64,000 nt of DNA from PVC group bacterium. GTDB taxonomy: Bacteria; Omnitrophota; Gorgyraeia; B26-G9. The stretch covers positions 363,724 to 427,723 of the forward strand of contig JAAEQR010000195.1 in the NCBI GenBank assembly GCA_024231215.1, written 5' to 3'. The notes under the pieces were generated by a model, which saw only the letters and a program-made list of their open reading frames with translations, had not been told where the DNA came from and made no database searches. Shown one piece after another: positions 18,978 to 28,990 of the stretch. Each line of letters opens with the position of its first letter. Positions within the stretch are counted from its first letter, which is position 1. Made by a program: the position numbers and the translations under genes.

Positions 18978-20176
18978 TGAAAGATTTAAAGCAGGGAACA
19001 ATTACCAGCCCGTTAGGGTTTAAAACAAATGCCTTATGGTGCGGGTTAAAGCAAAAGAATCCGGATTTAGGCCTAATTTATTCTATAGTTGAAGCTAATG
19101 CTGCTGCAGTGTTTACTTCCAATAAAGTGAAGGCTGCACATATAGAGATTGATCAGGCTAATTTGCGGAATAATTCTGCGCAGGCAGTTATTATAAACAG
19201 CGGTAATGCTAATTGTTGTACCGGTAAAAAGGGCAAACAAGATGCACTTAAGATTATTAGTGGGTTAGCGAAAAATCTGGATATTAAAGAAAAATCAGTG
19301 CTTATTGCCTCAACCGGAGTTATCGGAAAATATTTACCGATAAATAAGATAATCAGTAAAATTCCGGAGCTTGTTAAAGGGCTTAATTTTAATAAGGCAG
19401 AGAAGACAGCCAAGGCAATAATGACTACAGATACTTATCCAAAGCAAATGGCTGTGGAGATAAAGCTAAACGGTAAGAAAGTGACAATTGCAGCGGTTGC
19501 TAAGGGGGCGGGAATGATTTGTCCTAATATGGCAACTATGCTTTGTTTTGTGACGACGGATGCATATATTCAGCCAAAGGCTTTAAAACAAGCATTAAAA
19601 GAGGCTGTGGATAATTCTTTTAACTGTATTAGTGTCGATGGCGAGATGAGTACTAATGATACGGTAGCGGTTTTAGCTAACGGATTAGCCGGGAATACAC
19701 AGATTAAAGATAAGTCTAAAGAGTTGAAGAAATTTAGCGCGACTTTAAAATATGTATGTTTTAAGTTGGCGATGATGATTGTAGAAGACGGGGAAGGTGC
19801 AAACAAAATTATTCAGACTACGATAAAAGGTGCTAAGAGTAAACAGCAAGCACAAGCAGCAGCTTTGTGTGTTGTTAATTCGCCGTTGGTTAAGACGATG
19901 ATTGCTGGTAATAACCCGAATTGGGGTAGGATTCCGGCGAGTATTGGTGCAGCCGGAGTTGATTTTAAAGAAGAAAAATTAGAGGTAACATTACAGAATA
20001 AAATAGTATATAAAAAATCATCGCCGGTTTTAAAAGATAATAAAGTATTGATCAACTTGCTCAAGAAAAAGCAGGTGAGCATAGACATTAACTTAAATGC
20101 GGGGAAATTTTCTCATACAATGTGGGGAAGTGATTTAACTGCAGAATATGTAAAAATAAACACGGAGTATAACTGA
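18974..20176 (+). CDS. argJ: bifunctional glutamate N-acetyltransferase / amino-acid acetyltransferase
   Basis: ATMLCFVTTDA autoprocessing-site motif. Confidence 0.92.
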   Translation: MMKDLKQGTITSPLGFKTNALWCGLKQKNPDLGLIYSIVEANAAAVFTSNKVKAAHIEIDQANLRNNSAQAVIINSGNANCCTGKKGKQDALKIISGLAKNLDIKEKSVLIASTGVIGKYLPINKIISKIPELVKGLNFNKAEKTAKAIMTTDTYPKQMAVEIKLNGKKVTIAAVAKGAGMICPNMATMLCFVTTDAYIQPKALKQALKEAVDNSFNCISVDGEMSTNDTVAVLANGLAGNTQIKDKSKELKKFSATLKYVCFKLAMMIVEDGEGANKIIQTTIKGAKSKQQAQAAALCVVNSPLVKTMIAGNNPNWGRIPASIGAAGVDFKEEKLEVTLQNKIVYKKSSPVLKDNKVLINLLKKKQVSIDINLNAGKFSHTMWGSDLTAEYVKINTEYN

Positions 20177-20180
20177 AAAT

Positions 20181-21044
20181 ATGGAAGAAGCCTCAAAAAA
20201 AGTAGATATTTTAATTGAAGCATTACCGTATATCCAACGGTTTTTTGGAAAAGTGGTAGTGGTCAAGTATGGTGGTAGTGCCGTGGAACAGGCGGAATTA
20301 AACCATTCTATACTTGAAGATATTACCTTTATGAATCATGTGGGGATACATCCGGTGGTAGTTCACGGTGCCGGTCCGTTTATATCTCAGAAAATGAGGG
20401 ATAAAGGGGTTGAAGTAAAATTTATTGATGGTATCCGGGTTACAAATGAACAAACTCTGGATATTGCCAGCGATGCGCTTAATATAGTGAATCGAAGCAT
20501 TGTTAAATATTTAAAAAAATTGGGGAATGAATCAAAAGGATTTGTCGGTAGGAACGGCGAATTGATCGTTGCCAAGAAAAAAAAGACTAAACCTGATGTC
20601 GGATTTGTAGGAAATGTTGTTGGTTTTGATAAAAAATTGATTCATAGCTTATTGCATTCAAAAATTGTTCCTGTGGTTGCTCCTTTAGGTATAGGAGAAA
20701 ACGGAGAGATGTATAATTTAAATGCTGATACTGTGGCAGCAGAGATTGCTGTGGCCATGGGAGCAGAGAAATTGGTATTGCTTACTAATGTGCGTGGAAT
20801 AATGGCAGATGTTAAGAATTCGGAGTCATTGGTATCTAGTGTTACGGTTGAAGAAGTGAAAAGTTTAATAGATAGGGATGTTGTGCATGGGGGGATGATT
20901 CCTAAGGTAAAGGCGTGTGTTATGGCGGCGGAGAATGGGGTGCATAAAACCCATATTATCGATGCTCAGATATTGCATGCTTTGCTTTTAGAGGTTTATA
21001 CAGATAAAGGTATTGGAACTGAAATTATAAAAAGAGGGGTTTAA
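20181..21044 (+). CDS. argB: acetylglutamate kinase
   Basis: VVKYGGSA, HGAGPFIS motifs. Confidence 0.92.
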   Translation: MEEASKKVDILIEALPYIQRFFGKVVVVKYGGSAVEQAELNHSILEDITFMNHVGIHPVVVHGAGPFISQKMRDKGVEVKFIDGIRVTNEQTLDIASDALNIVNRSIVKYLKKLGNESKGFVGRNGELIVAKKKKTKPDVGFVGNVVGFDKKLIHSLLHSKIVPVVAPLGIGENGEMYNLNADTVAAEIAVAMGAEKLVLLTNVRGIMADVKNSESLVSSVTVEEVKSLIDRDVVHGGMIPKVKACVMAAENGVHKTHIIDAQILHALLLEVYTDKGIGTEIIKRGV

Positions 21045-22231
21045 TGATGGTAATGGATGCCCAAGATGTAATGGACTTATATAATAATAATGTGGTTGGT
21101 AATTATACCAAGGTGAATTTGGTAATCAGCCGGGCGCGTGGCAGCTGGGTCTGGGATACGCAAAAACGACTTTATCTGGATTTTTTTCCAGGTTGGGCGG
21201 TAAGCGGAATAGGACATTGTCATAAACGGGTGGTAAAGGCGATTTCAAATCAGGCTAAGCAGTTGTTGCATGTATCTAATAATTATTATAACGAATTACA
21301 GGGTAAATTAGCTCAGCGGATTTCTCTGAATTCTTTTGGCGGTAAAGTTTTTTTCTGTAATTCCGGAGCTGAAGCGAATGAGGCAGCGTTTAAATTAGCA
21401 CGTGCTTTTGGTCATCCTAACCGACATGAGATTATTACTATGGAAAAGTCTTTTCATGGGCGGACACTTGCTTGCACTGCAGCTACAGGGCAAGAGGTTT
21501 GTCAAAAAGGCATGGGCCCGATGCCGGATGGATTTAAAAGTGTACCGTTCAATGATAAACAGGCATTGATTAATGCAGTTAGTGATAAGACAGCAGCAAT
21601 AATGATAGAATTGATTCAGGGTGAAGGCGGAGTACGGGTTGCCGGGAAGGAATATGTACGGTTTGTTCGGGACTTTTGTTTTCAGAAAAATATATTGCTT
21701 ATTATTGACGAAGTGCAGACTGGTATGGGTAGAACCGGAGAATTGTTTGCATATCAACATTATGGAATAGAACCGGATATGATGACTTTAGCGAAAAGCT
21801 TAGGTGGAGGAATGCCGATTGGAGCAATGGTTGTACAGAAAAAGATTGCCGGGATGTTAAAGCCGGGAATGCATGCTTCTACATTTGGGGGTAGTCCGAT
21901 TGTCTGTGCAGCTGCTTTGGGGGTTTTTGATGCGATTGAAAAAGATCGATTATTAAAAAATACTGCTAAGATGGGTAGTTATCTACGTGATGAACTTATT
22001 AGGATGAAAGGTCGGCATCCGGTGATAAAAGAAATAAGGGGCATGGGATTGATGTTGGCTGTGGAATTGCTGATGAATGCGCAAAAAGCATACGAATATT
22101 GTTTTTCTATGGGGTTGTTAATAAATTGTACGCAGAACAATACACTGCGGATTATGCCGGCGATGACGGTTACTAAAAAAGAGATCGATCAGGCGATGGA
22201 GATTTTAGAAAAGGCGATCAGTAAATGCTGA
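21044..22231 (+). CDS. argD: acetylornithine aminotransferase
   Basis: class III aminotransferase; PLP-lysine region TLAKSLGGGMPIGA. Confidence 0.9.
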   Translation: MMVMDAQDVMDLYNNNVVGNYTKVNLVISRARGSWVWDTQKRLYLDFFPGWAVSGIGHCHKRVVKAISNQAKQLLHVSNNYYNELQGKLAQRISLNSFGGKVFFCNSGAEANEAAFKLARAFGHPNRHEIITMEKSFHGRTLACTAATGQEVCQKGMGPMPDGFKSVPFNDKQALINAVSDKTAAIMIELIQGEGGVRVAGKEYVRFVRDFCFQKNILLIIDEVQTGMGRTGELFAYQHYGIEPDMMTLAKSLGGGMPIGAMVVQKKIAGMLKPGMHASTFGGSPIVCAAALGVFDAIEKDRLLKNTAKMGSYLRDELIRMKGRHPVIKEIRGMGLMLAVELLMNAQKAYEYCFSMGLLINCTQNNTLRIMPAMTVTKKEIDQAMEILEKAISKC

Positions 22232-22241
22232 TAGGCTGTAG

Positions 22242-22261
22242 GGCCCCGAAGCTTCGGGGCC
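22242..22261. repeat. perfect GC-rich palindrome GGCCCCGAAGCTTCGGGGCC just after the argD stop
   Basis: read from sequence; preceded by GGCTGTAGGG motif shared with two other intergenic copies. Confidence 0.6.
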
Positions 22262-22279
22262 GAGACAAGGGATAATATT

Positions 22280-23197
22280 ATGAATAAAGATTTATTATCA
22301 GGATTTGATCTTACGGAAAAAGATGTTGCCAATATTTTTAAGCAGACAAAAATATTAAAGAAGAAAAAAATAAGCAATGTTCTTAATGGTAAAGTAGCGG
22401 CGCTTGTTTTTCAAAAGCCGTCTAATCGGACCAGAGTGTCTTTTGAAGTCGGAGCGCGACAGTTAGGGGCGTATTCTATTTATCTGGCTCCGCGTGATAT
22501 TCGATTGGGAGAACGGGAGCCAATTAAAGATGTGGCTCGGGTACTTGCGCGATACGCAGACGGAATTATTGCCCGGACATTTTCACATGAAGATGTTTGT
22601 GAACTGGCAAAGTATTCAGATGTCGGAGTTATTAACGGCTTGAGTGATATGTATCACCCCTGTCAGGCTTTGGCTGATGTATATACAGTTTATGAAAATG
22701 CAGGAAAGTTTAAAGGCGTTAAGCTGGCTTATGTTGGTGATGGAAATAATGTGGTGCATTCATTACTGGCGATCGGGACTAAAGTTGGATTGTCGATTAG
22801 TGTGGCAACTCCAAAAGGATATGAGCCGGATAAAGAGATTTGGGCCCAGGCTGTAAAAATAAGTAAGAAGACTAAAGCGAAAATTTTACATACTCATGAT
22901 CCCGAAGATGCAGTTAAAGGCGCAGATTTTATATATACTGATGTGTGGACTTCTATGGGGCAGGAAAAAGAGAAGCTTGCACGTAAGCGTATATTTAAAA
23001 AATATCAGATCAACAGTCAGTTGTTGAAAAAAGCAAAGAAAAATTGTTTAGTATTACATTGTATGCCGATGCACAGGGGCGAGGAAATAACCGATGAGGT
23101 GGCAGAGTCAAAGCAGTCGGTGGTTTTTGATCAGGCGGAAAATCGTTTACATGTGCAGAAAGCGGTAATGGCAATGCTATTTAAAAAGCATAAATAG
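22280..23197 (+). CDS. argF: ornithine carbamoyltransferase
   Basis: STRTR carbamoyl-phosphate motif, HCMP. Confidence 0.92.
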   Translation: MNKDLLSGFDLTEKDVANIFKQTKILKKKKISNVLNGKVAALVFQKPSNRTRVSFEVGARQLGAYSIYLAPRDIRLGEREPIKDVARVLARYADGIIARTFSHEDVCELAKYSDVGVINGLSDMYHPCQALADVYTVYENAGKFKGVKLAYVGDGNNVVHSLLAIGTKVGLSISVATPKGYEPDKEIWAQAVKISKKTKAKILHTHDPEDAVKGADFIYTDVWTSMGQEKEKLARKRIFKKYQINSQLLKKAKKNCLVLHCMPMHRGEEITDEVAESKQSVVFDQAENRLHVQKAVMAMLFKKHK

Positions 23198-23287
23198 CAG
23201 GTAATAGTCTATGGTCAATAGTCCATAGAAAAAGCAAAAACTGTAGGTGACAATTATTAAGAAAAATCATATGGAAAGGTTCTAATC

Positions 23288-24460
23288 ATGAAAAAAGTAG
23301 TATTAGCTTATTCAGGGGGATTGGATACTTCTTGCTGTGTGCAGTGGCTTCAGGATAAAGGATTTGAAGTGATATGTTTTAGTGCTAATTTGGGAAGTGA
23401 ATTTTCTCCTGCACAGTTGAAAAAGAAAGCAAAGGCTAGTGGTATTAAGAAAATATATGTCGAAGATTTGCAAAAAGAATTTGCAGATGACTATATTCTC
23501 CCGGCATTAAAGGCAAATGCTGTTTATGAGTCCAAATATGTTTTATCTACAGCTTTGGGTCGGCCGTTGATCGCAAAATATTTAGTTGATATTGCGCATA
23601 AAGAAAAAGCTTCATATGTTGCCCATGGCTGTACCGGCAAAGGAAATGATCAGGTCAGGATTGATACAACAGTAAAAATTTTAGATCCGAAATTAAAAAT
23701 AATTGCGCCGTTACGGGTTTGGGAGCTTACATCACGTGAATCGGAAATTGCATATGCAAAGCAAAAAAAGATTGCAATCTCTACAACTCGAGAAAAGATT
23801 TACAGTATTGATCAAAACATGTGGGGTATTAGCATTGAAGGCGGAATGATGGAGGATTTAACTAATGCTCCGGATGAATCAGCCTATGTCTTAACTAAGA
23901 GCATTGATAAGACTCCAAATAGGGCAGAGTACGTTGAGATTGAATTTAACAAGGGAGCTCCGGTCAAGATCAACGGAAAGAAAAAGAATTTTTTGGAAAT
24001 AATTGAGATTTTAAATAAATTAGGTGGCAAGCATGGTATTGGAAGGACGGATCTTGTTGAGGATCGGACTGTAGGTATTAAATCACGGGAGATTTATGAA
24101 GCTCCTGCGGCTTGGATTTTGCACCGGGCCCATCAAGAGCTCGAGAGTGTGGTTTTAGATAAAGATACGTTAAGTTTTAAAGAAACAGTATCCCAGAGGT
24201 ATTCGCAGCTTGCCTATCAGGGATTGTGGTTCTCAAGGTTGCGCAGGAGTCTGAATGCTTTTGTTGAGTTGACACAGCAAAAAGTAACGGGTTCGATAAA
24301 ATTAAAACTTTATAAAGGTAGTATTACAGTTGCTTCAAGAAAATCAAAGTATTCTTTATATAAAAAAGAATTAGCGACATATGGTGAGGATGACCAGTTT
24401 GACCGGGAAGATGCAAAAGGTTTTATAGAAATATTTTCTTTACCATATCGGGAGAAATAG
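23288..24460 (+). CDS. argG: argininosuccinate synthase
   Basis: AYSGGLDTS PP-loop. Confidence 0.92.
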   Translation: MKKVVLAYSGGLDTSCCVQWLQDKGFEVICFSANLGSEFSPAQLKKKAKASGIKKIYVEDLQKEFADDYILPALKANAVYESKYVLSTALGRPLIAKYLVDIAHKEKASYVAHGCTGKGNDQVRIDTTVKILDPKLKIIAPLRVWELTSRESEIAYAKQKKIAISTTREKIYSIDQNMWGISIEGGMMEDLTNAPDESAYVLTKSIDKTPNRAEYVEIEFNKGAPVKINGKKKNFLEIIEILNKLGGKHGIGRTDLVEDRTVGIKSREIYEAPAAWILHRAHQELESVVLDKDTLSFKETVSQRYSQLAYQGLWFSRLRRSLNAFVELTQQKVTGSIKLKLYKGSITVASRKSKYSLYKKELATYGEDDQFDREDAKGFIEIFSLPYREK

Positions 24461-24521
24461 AAAAAAGGCTAATAGCTGATGGCTGATAGCTTATAATTGT
24501 TGATGGATTAACTTAGGAGTT

Positions 24522-25895
24522 GTGATGGCTAAAAAATTATGGGGTGGACGGTTTAAAAAATCGATTGATAAGGATTTTGAAGAATTTTCAAAGTCTATAC
24601 AGTACGACTATAAGCTGGCAAAGTATGATATTTACCATTCTAAGATCCATGCGCTTGCTTTGAAAAACAGTGGGATTTTAACGGCTGCGGAATCGAAAAA
24701 AATTATTACTGTTTTAGATGGTATATTGGGCAATATTGAAAGTGGAGATTTTAAATTCAACTCTACTTCCGAGGATATTCATACTGAAATCCAGAATTTT
24801 TTAGAAAAAAAAGTGGGCAAATTAGCTTTAAAACTACATACCTTACGATCGCGGAATGATCAAGTGGTTTTTGATGCAAAATGGTTTTGTAAATTTGAAG
24901 CTGTGCAGATTATATGTTTGTTGAATGAACTCGAGAAAAATTTACAAACAATCAGCAGAAAACATAAAGACAAAGCGTTTATTGGATATACTCATACTCA
25001 GAGGGCACAGGTAGTTCGGTTCGATGATTATATTAATGCGTATTATTTTATGTTTAAGAGGGATTTTCAGCGGGTATCAAAGTTTTTTGATGGACTTAAT
25101 GTCTATATCGGTGCCGGAGCTTTAGCCGGGAGTTCTTTGACTAAGGATGCTTATGATCAGGCAGCATCGTATTTATTGGATAAGATGAAAGAACTATCAA
25201 AAATAGTAAAGCCTGTAGAAAATTCATTGGATAATGTTAGTGACCGGGATTTTATTGTTGAGTTTTTGAGCATCTTATCTATTATTCAGATGCATCTTTC
25301 CCGTTTTAGCGAGGATATGATTTTGTATTCTACTCAGGAGTTTAATTATATTGATTTGCCGGAAGAGTTTTGTACAGGAAGCAGTCTAATGCCGCATAAA
25401 AAGAATCCGGATTTCTTAGAACTGGTACGAGGGTATACAGGGCAGGTTAATGGTAATTTGATTGCCGTGCTTACAACAATGAAGGGATTGCCCCTTACTT
25501 ATAACCGGGATATGCAATTAGATAAAGAGCCATTGTTTTCTTCGGTGGAGATTTTAAAGAATGAATTGAAAATAATGGCTAAATTTGTAAAAGGTATAAA
25601 AATTAAGGAAGAAATCATTGCGAAAGCTCTGGAAGATGAATGCTTATATGCTACAGAATTAGCTGAGTTTCTGGTGCATGAAAACGTAGCGTTTAAAGAA
25701 GCGCATGATATTGTAGGTAAACTTATTCGATATTCGCAAGATAAGAAAGTGAAGATAAGGGAGATTTCAGATAAGCAATTGCGGGGATTTCATAAGGCGC
25801 TTAATCAAAAAGAAATAAAAAAGATAATGACACCGCAATATGCGATAAAATCAAAAAAATCAATCAACAGAAAGGTGCTGAAAATTAATGCATGA
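24522..25895 (+). CDS. argH: argininosuccinate lyase
   Basis: fumarate-lyase signature GSSLMPHKKNP. Confidence 0.92.
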   Translation: MMAKKLWGGRFKKSIDKDFEEFSKSIQYDYKLAKYDIYHSKIHALALKNSGILTAAESKKIITVLDGILGNIESGDFKFNSTSEDIHTEIQNFLEKKVGKLALKLHTLRSRNDQVVFDAKWFCKFEAVQIICLLNELEKNLQTISRKHKDKAFIGYTHTQRAQVVRFDDYINAYYFMFKRDFQRVSKFFDGLNVYIGAGALAGSSLTKDAYDQAASYLLDKMKELSKIVKPVENSLDNVSDRDFIVEFLSILSIIQMHLSRFSEDMILYSTQEFNYIDLPEEFCTGSSLMPHKKNPDFLELVRGYTGQVNGNLIAVLTTMKGLPLTYNRDMQLDKEPLFSSVEILKNELKIMAKFVKGIKIKEEIIAKALEDECLYATELAEFLVHENVAFKEAHDIVGKLIRYSQDKKVKIREISDKQLRGFHKALNQKEIKKIMTPQYAIKSKKSINRKVLKINA

Positions 25896-27147
25896 TTTTA
25901 ACTTTAAAAAAGATCAACTTTTTTGCGAAAATGTAAGCGTGGAGAAAATAGTTAAAGAGGTAGGAACTCCGGTGTTTGTATACAGCCATAAAACACTGGT
26001 TGACCATCTTATTAAAATAAAAACTGCATTTGCGAAAATCTCTCCGCTTATATGTTATTCCATGAAGGCCAATTCGAATTTAACTATTTGCAGTGAATTA
26101 GTTAAAAATGGTGCGGGAATAGACATCGTTTCCGGAGGAGAATTATATCGTGCAAAAAAAATTGGCGTGTCTGGTAAAAAGATTGTTTATGCTTCGGTTG
26201 GTAAGACAGAAACGGAAATAGCCGAAGCGATTAAAACCGGCATTTTATTTTTTAATGCGGAGTCAATTCCTGAGCTTGAACTAATCAATTCAGTGGCTGG
26301 AAGACTTAGAAAAAAACAAAATGTAGCGATTCGGATCAATCCGAATGTTGATGCGCATACGCATCATTACATTACTACAGCAAAGAAACAAAATAAGTTC
26401 GGAATTGATATGGGTACCAGCCGAAAGATTTTTCTACAATTAAGTAAAAAGCTTAAGAATGTAAAACTGTGCGGCGTGCATGTGCATATCGGTTCTCAGA
26501 TTGAAGAGGTGACCCCGTTTATCCAGGCTATAAAAAAGTCTTTGGCTTTGATTAATGAGTTAAATAAAAAAGGTGCAGGAATCACGCATCTGAACATCGG
26601 TGGTGGATTAGGAATAGTTTATCGTAAGGAAAGACCTCAGACCGCGGATGATTATGCACGGGCGATACTGCCTTTATTGAAGGATTCAGGGCTTAAAGTG
26701 ATTTTAGAGCCGGGTAGATTTATTGCCGGAAATGCCGGGATATTGCTGGCTAAAATTACCTATGTAAAAGATACCCCGGCAAAACGTTTTGTTATTGTGG
26801 ACGCAGCAATGAACGATTTAATACGACCTTCATTTTACGATGCATATCATGAAATTGTACCGGTGAAAGCGGACAAAAAAGAAAAACTTAAAAAAGCAGA
26901 TGTTGTCGGAGCTATCTGCGAAAGCGGTGATTTTATTGCCAAAGACAGGCGTTTGCCGGAAGCATTAAAACCTGCGGATATTTTAGCGGTAATGAGTGCA
27001 GGTGCTTATGGGTTTACAATGTCCAGTAATTATAACAGTCGGCGGCGTGCGGCTGAAGTGTTAGTAAAAGGTAACCGGTATTTTATTATAACAAAGAGAG
27101 AGAGTTATGCTGATTTAATACGAAATGAGGTTGTAGCTAAAGTGTAA
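25888..27147 (+). CDS. lysA: diaminopimelate decarboxylase
   Basis: PLP-lysine region LICYSMKAN, GGGLG, CESGD. Confidence 0.9.
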   Translation: MHDFNFKKDQLFCENVSVEKIVKEVGTPVFVYSHKTLVDHLIKIKTAFAKISPLICYSMKANSNLTICSELVKNGAGIDIVSGGELYRAKKIGVSGKKIVYASVGKTETEIAEAIKTGILFFNAESIPELELINSVAGRLRKKQNVAIRINPNVDAHTHHYITTAKKQNKFGIDMGTSRKIFLQLSKKLKNVKLCGVHVHIGSQIEEVTPFIQAIKKSLALINELNKKGAGITHLNIGGGLGIVYRKERPQTADDYARAILPLLKDSGLKVILEPGRFIAGNAGILLAKITYVKDTPAKRFVIVDAAMNDLIRPSFYDAYHEIVPVKADKKEKLKKADVVGAICESGDFIAKDRRLPEALKPADILAVMSAGAYGFTMSSNYNSRRRAAEVLVKGNRYFIITKRESYADLIRNEVVAKV

Positions 27148-27156
27148 GGAGTTGTT

Positions 27157-28107
27157 ATGAAAAAGAAGGCTAAACAAAAAAAGCAGGTGAAGCTCAAAAA
27201 AGCAAAGAAGAGTCTGCGTCCGAAGAAAGTTGTGAAAAAGGTGATTAAAAAGAAAAAGACTGTTTCTGTGAAAAAGGCAAAACCCAAAAAAGCTAAAGTG
27301 GTAAGAAAGAGGAAATTTCAGTTTGCCAAAATGGTTGCGTCGGGAAATGATTTCATTGTATTTGATAACCGTCGCAGTGGATTAAAGAATGGTTCGGAAT
27401 TGGCTGCAGTGTTATGTAATAGAATAGAAGGTATTGGGGCTGATGGGTTGATTTTCATTGAACAATCCCGAAAGGCAGATTTTAAAATGCGCATTTTTAA
27501 TTCCGATGGCTCAGAAGCGGAAATGTGCGGGAATGGAATGCGTTGCGCTGCGCTTTTTAAGGGCAAGAAAAATGCCAAAGTTGAGACACTGGCAGGGATG
27601 TTAAAGGCTGAACTTAAAAATGATCAGATAAAGGTGAAAATGACACCGCCTAAGAATTTACAGATTAATATGAATATAAATGTGAACGGGCGTTTTTATC
27701 CAATCAATATGGTTAATACCGGAGTACCTCATGCAATTTATTTTGTGGAAAACGCGGATGTGGCAAATGTCCGGGTTTTAGGCAGATTGATTCGTTATCA
27801 CCAGATTTTTCAGCCGGAAGGAACTAATGTAGATTTTGTTGCAGTTACAGACGAGGAAAATCTGAATATTCGAACATATGAGCGTGGTGTGGAAGCCGAG
27901 ACGCTGGCTTGTGGGACTGGTTCGGTTGCGGCAGCTTTGATTTATCATCATAAGTTTATAACCACAGAAGGCAGCTTTATGATAAACATTCACACAAAAA
28001 GCGGTGAAATTGTAAAAGTTTATTTTGATTATCAGAATAATTCTTATGAAAACGTGTGGTTAGAAGGAACGGCAAAGATTGTTTATAAGGGGGAATGTTA
28101 TGTTTAA
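27157..28107 (+). CDS. dapF: diaminopimelate epimerase with about 52-aa lysine-rich N-terminal extension
   Basis: canonical DapF core begins FQFAKMVASGNDF; catalytic EMCGNG and ACGTGS; in-frame upstream K-rich stretch with strong RBS AAGGAG before ATG 27157. Confidence 0.85.
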   Translation: MKKKAKQKKQVKLKKAKKSLRPKKVVKKVIKKKKTVSVKKAKPKKAKVVRKRKFQFAKMVASGNDFIVFDNRRSGLKNGSELAAVLCNRIEGIGADGLIFIEQSRKADFKMRIFNSDGSEAEMCGNGMRCAALFKGKKNAKVETLAGMLKAELKNDQIKVKMTPPKNLQINMNINVNGRFYPINMVNTGVPHAIYFVENADVANVRVLGRLIRYHQIFQPEGTNVDFVAVTDEENLNIRTYERGVEAETLACGTGSVAAALIYHHKFITTEGSFMINIHTKSGEIVKVYFDYQNNSYENVWLEGTAKIVYKGECYV

Positions 28108-28990
28108 AGGTTCAATGGTTGCGATTGTTACCCCGTTTAAAGACGGTAGGCTTGATGAAGATAAACTTAAAGAGTTAGTAGAATTTCATGTTAAAAACAA
28201 AACTACTGCCATTGTGCCTTGTGGAACAACCGGTGAGTCAGCAACTTTGTCTCTGGCTGAACATGAGCGGGTGATTGAACTTGTTGTGGAAACTGCGGGT
28301 AGAAAAGTCCCGGTTATTGCCGGTACAGGCTCAAATAATACTGCAGAAGCAATTAGGCTGACTAAACATGCAAAGGAAGCTGGTGCAGATGCGGCGTTGT
28401 TAATATCACCGTACTATAATAAGCCGACGCAAGAAGGGTTATATTTACATTTTAAAGAAATTGCAGATAATGTGGATATCCCGATTATTCTTTATAATAT
28501 TGCCGGAAGAACTGCGGTTAATATGCTGCCGGAAACAGTAGCTAGACTTGCGCATGAGTGCAAAAATATTGTTGGGGTAAAAGAGGCTTCAGGTAATCTG
28601 GAACAAATGGCGAGGGTAAAGCTGCTTTGTCCTAAGGATTTTGCGTTGATTTCCGGAGATGATGCTTTGATACTGCCGATTTTATCTATCGGCGGTGTGG
28701 GTGTGATTTCAGTGGTTGCAAATATTGTACCGCAGGATGTATCAAGGGTGATTACTGAATTTCAAAAAGGAAATATGAAGAAAGCTCAGGAAGCTTATTA
28801 TAAATTGCTGCCTTTAGTAAAGGCAATGTTTCTGGAGACAAACCCGATTCCGGTTAAGACGGCAATGGGATTATTGGGGATGATAACACCAGAACTTCGT
28901 TTACCGCTTTGCGCTTTAAGTGATGCTAATGTGAAAAAACTTAAGCAGGAATTAGCGGCATATGGGATATTGAAGGGGAAGAAGAAATGA
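28100..28990 (+). CDS. dapA: 4-hydroxy-tetrahydrodipicolinate synthase
   Basis: AIVTPF, GTTGES, active-site Lys region; start at ATG 28100 after AAGGGGGAA. Confidence 0.9.
   Translation: MFKGSMVAIVTPFKDGRLDEDKLKELVEFHVKNKTTAIVPCGTTGESATLSLAEHERVIELVVETAGRKVPVIAGTGSNNTAEAIRLTKHAKEAGADAALLISPYYNKPTQEGLYLHFKEIADNVDIPIILYNIAGRTAVNMLPETVARLAHECKNIVGVKEASGNLEQMARVKLLCPKDFALISGDDALILPILSIGGVGVISVVANIVPQDVSRVITEFQKGNMKKAQEAYYKLLPLVKAMFLETNPIPVKTAMGLLGMITPELRLPLCALSDANVKKLKQELAAYGILKGKKK

Noticed and set aside
27105-27287. 60-aa minus-strand ORF across the lysA/dapF junction
   Set aside because: Antisense to the K-rich DapF N-terminal extension. Phe-rich artefact.
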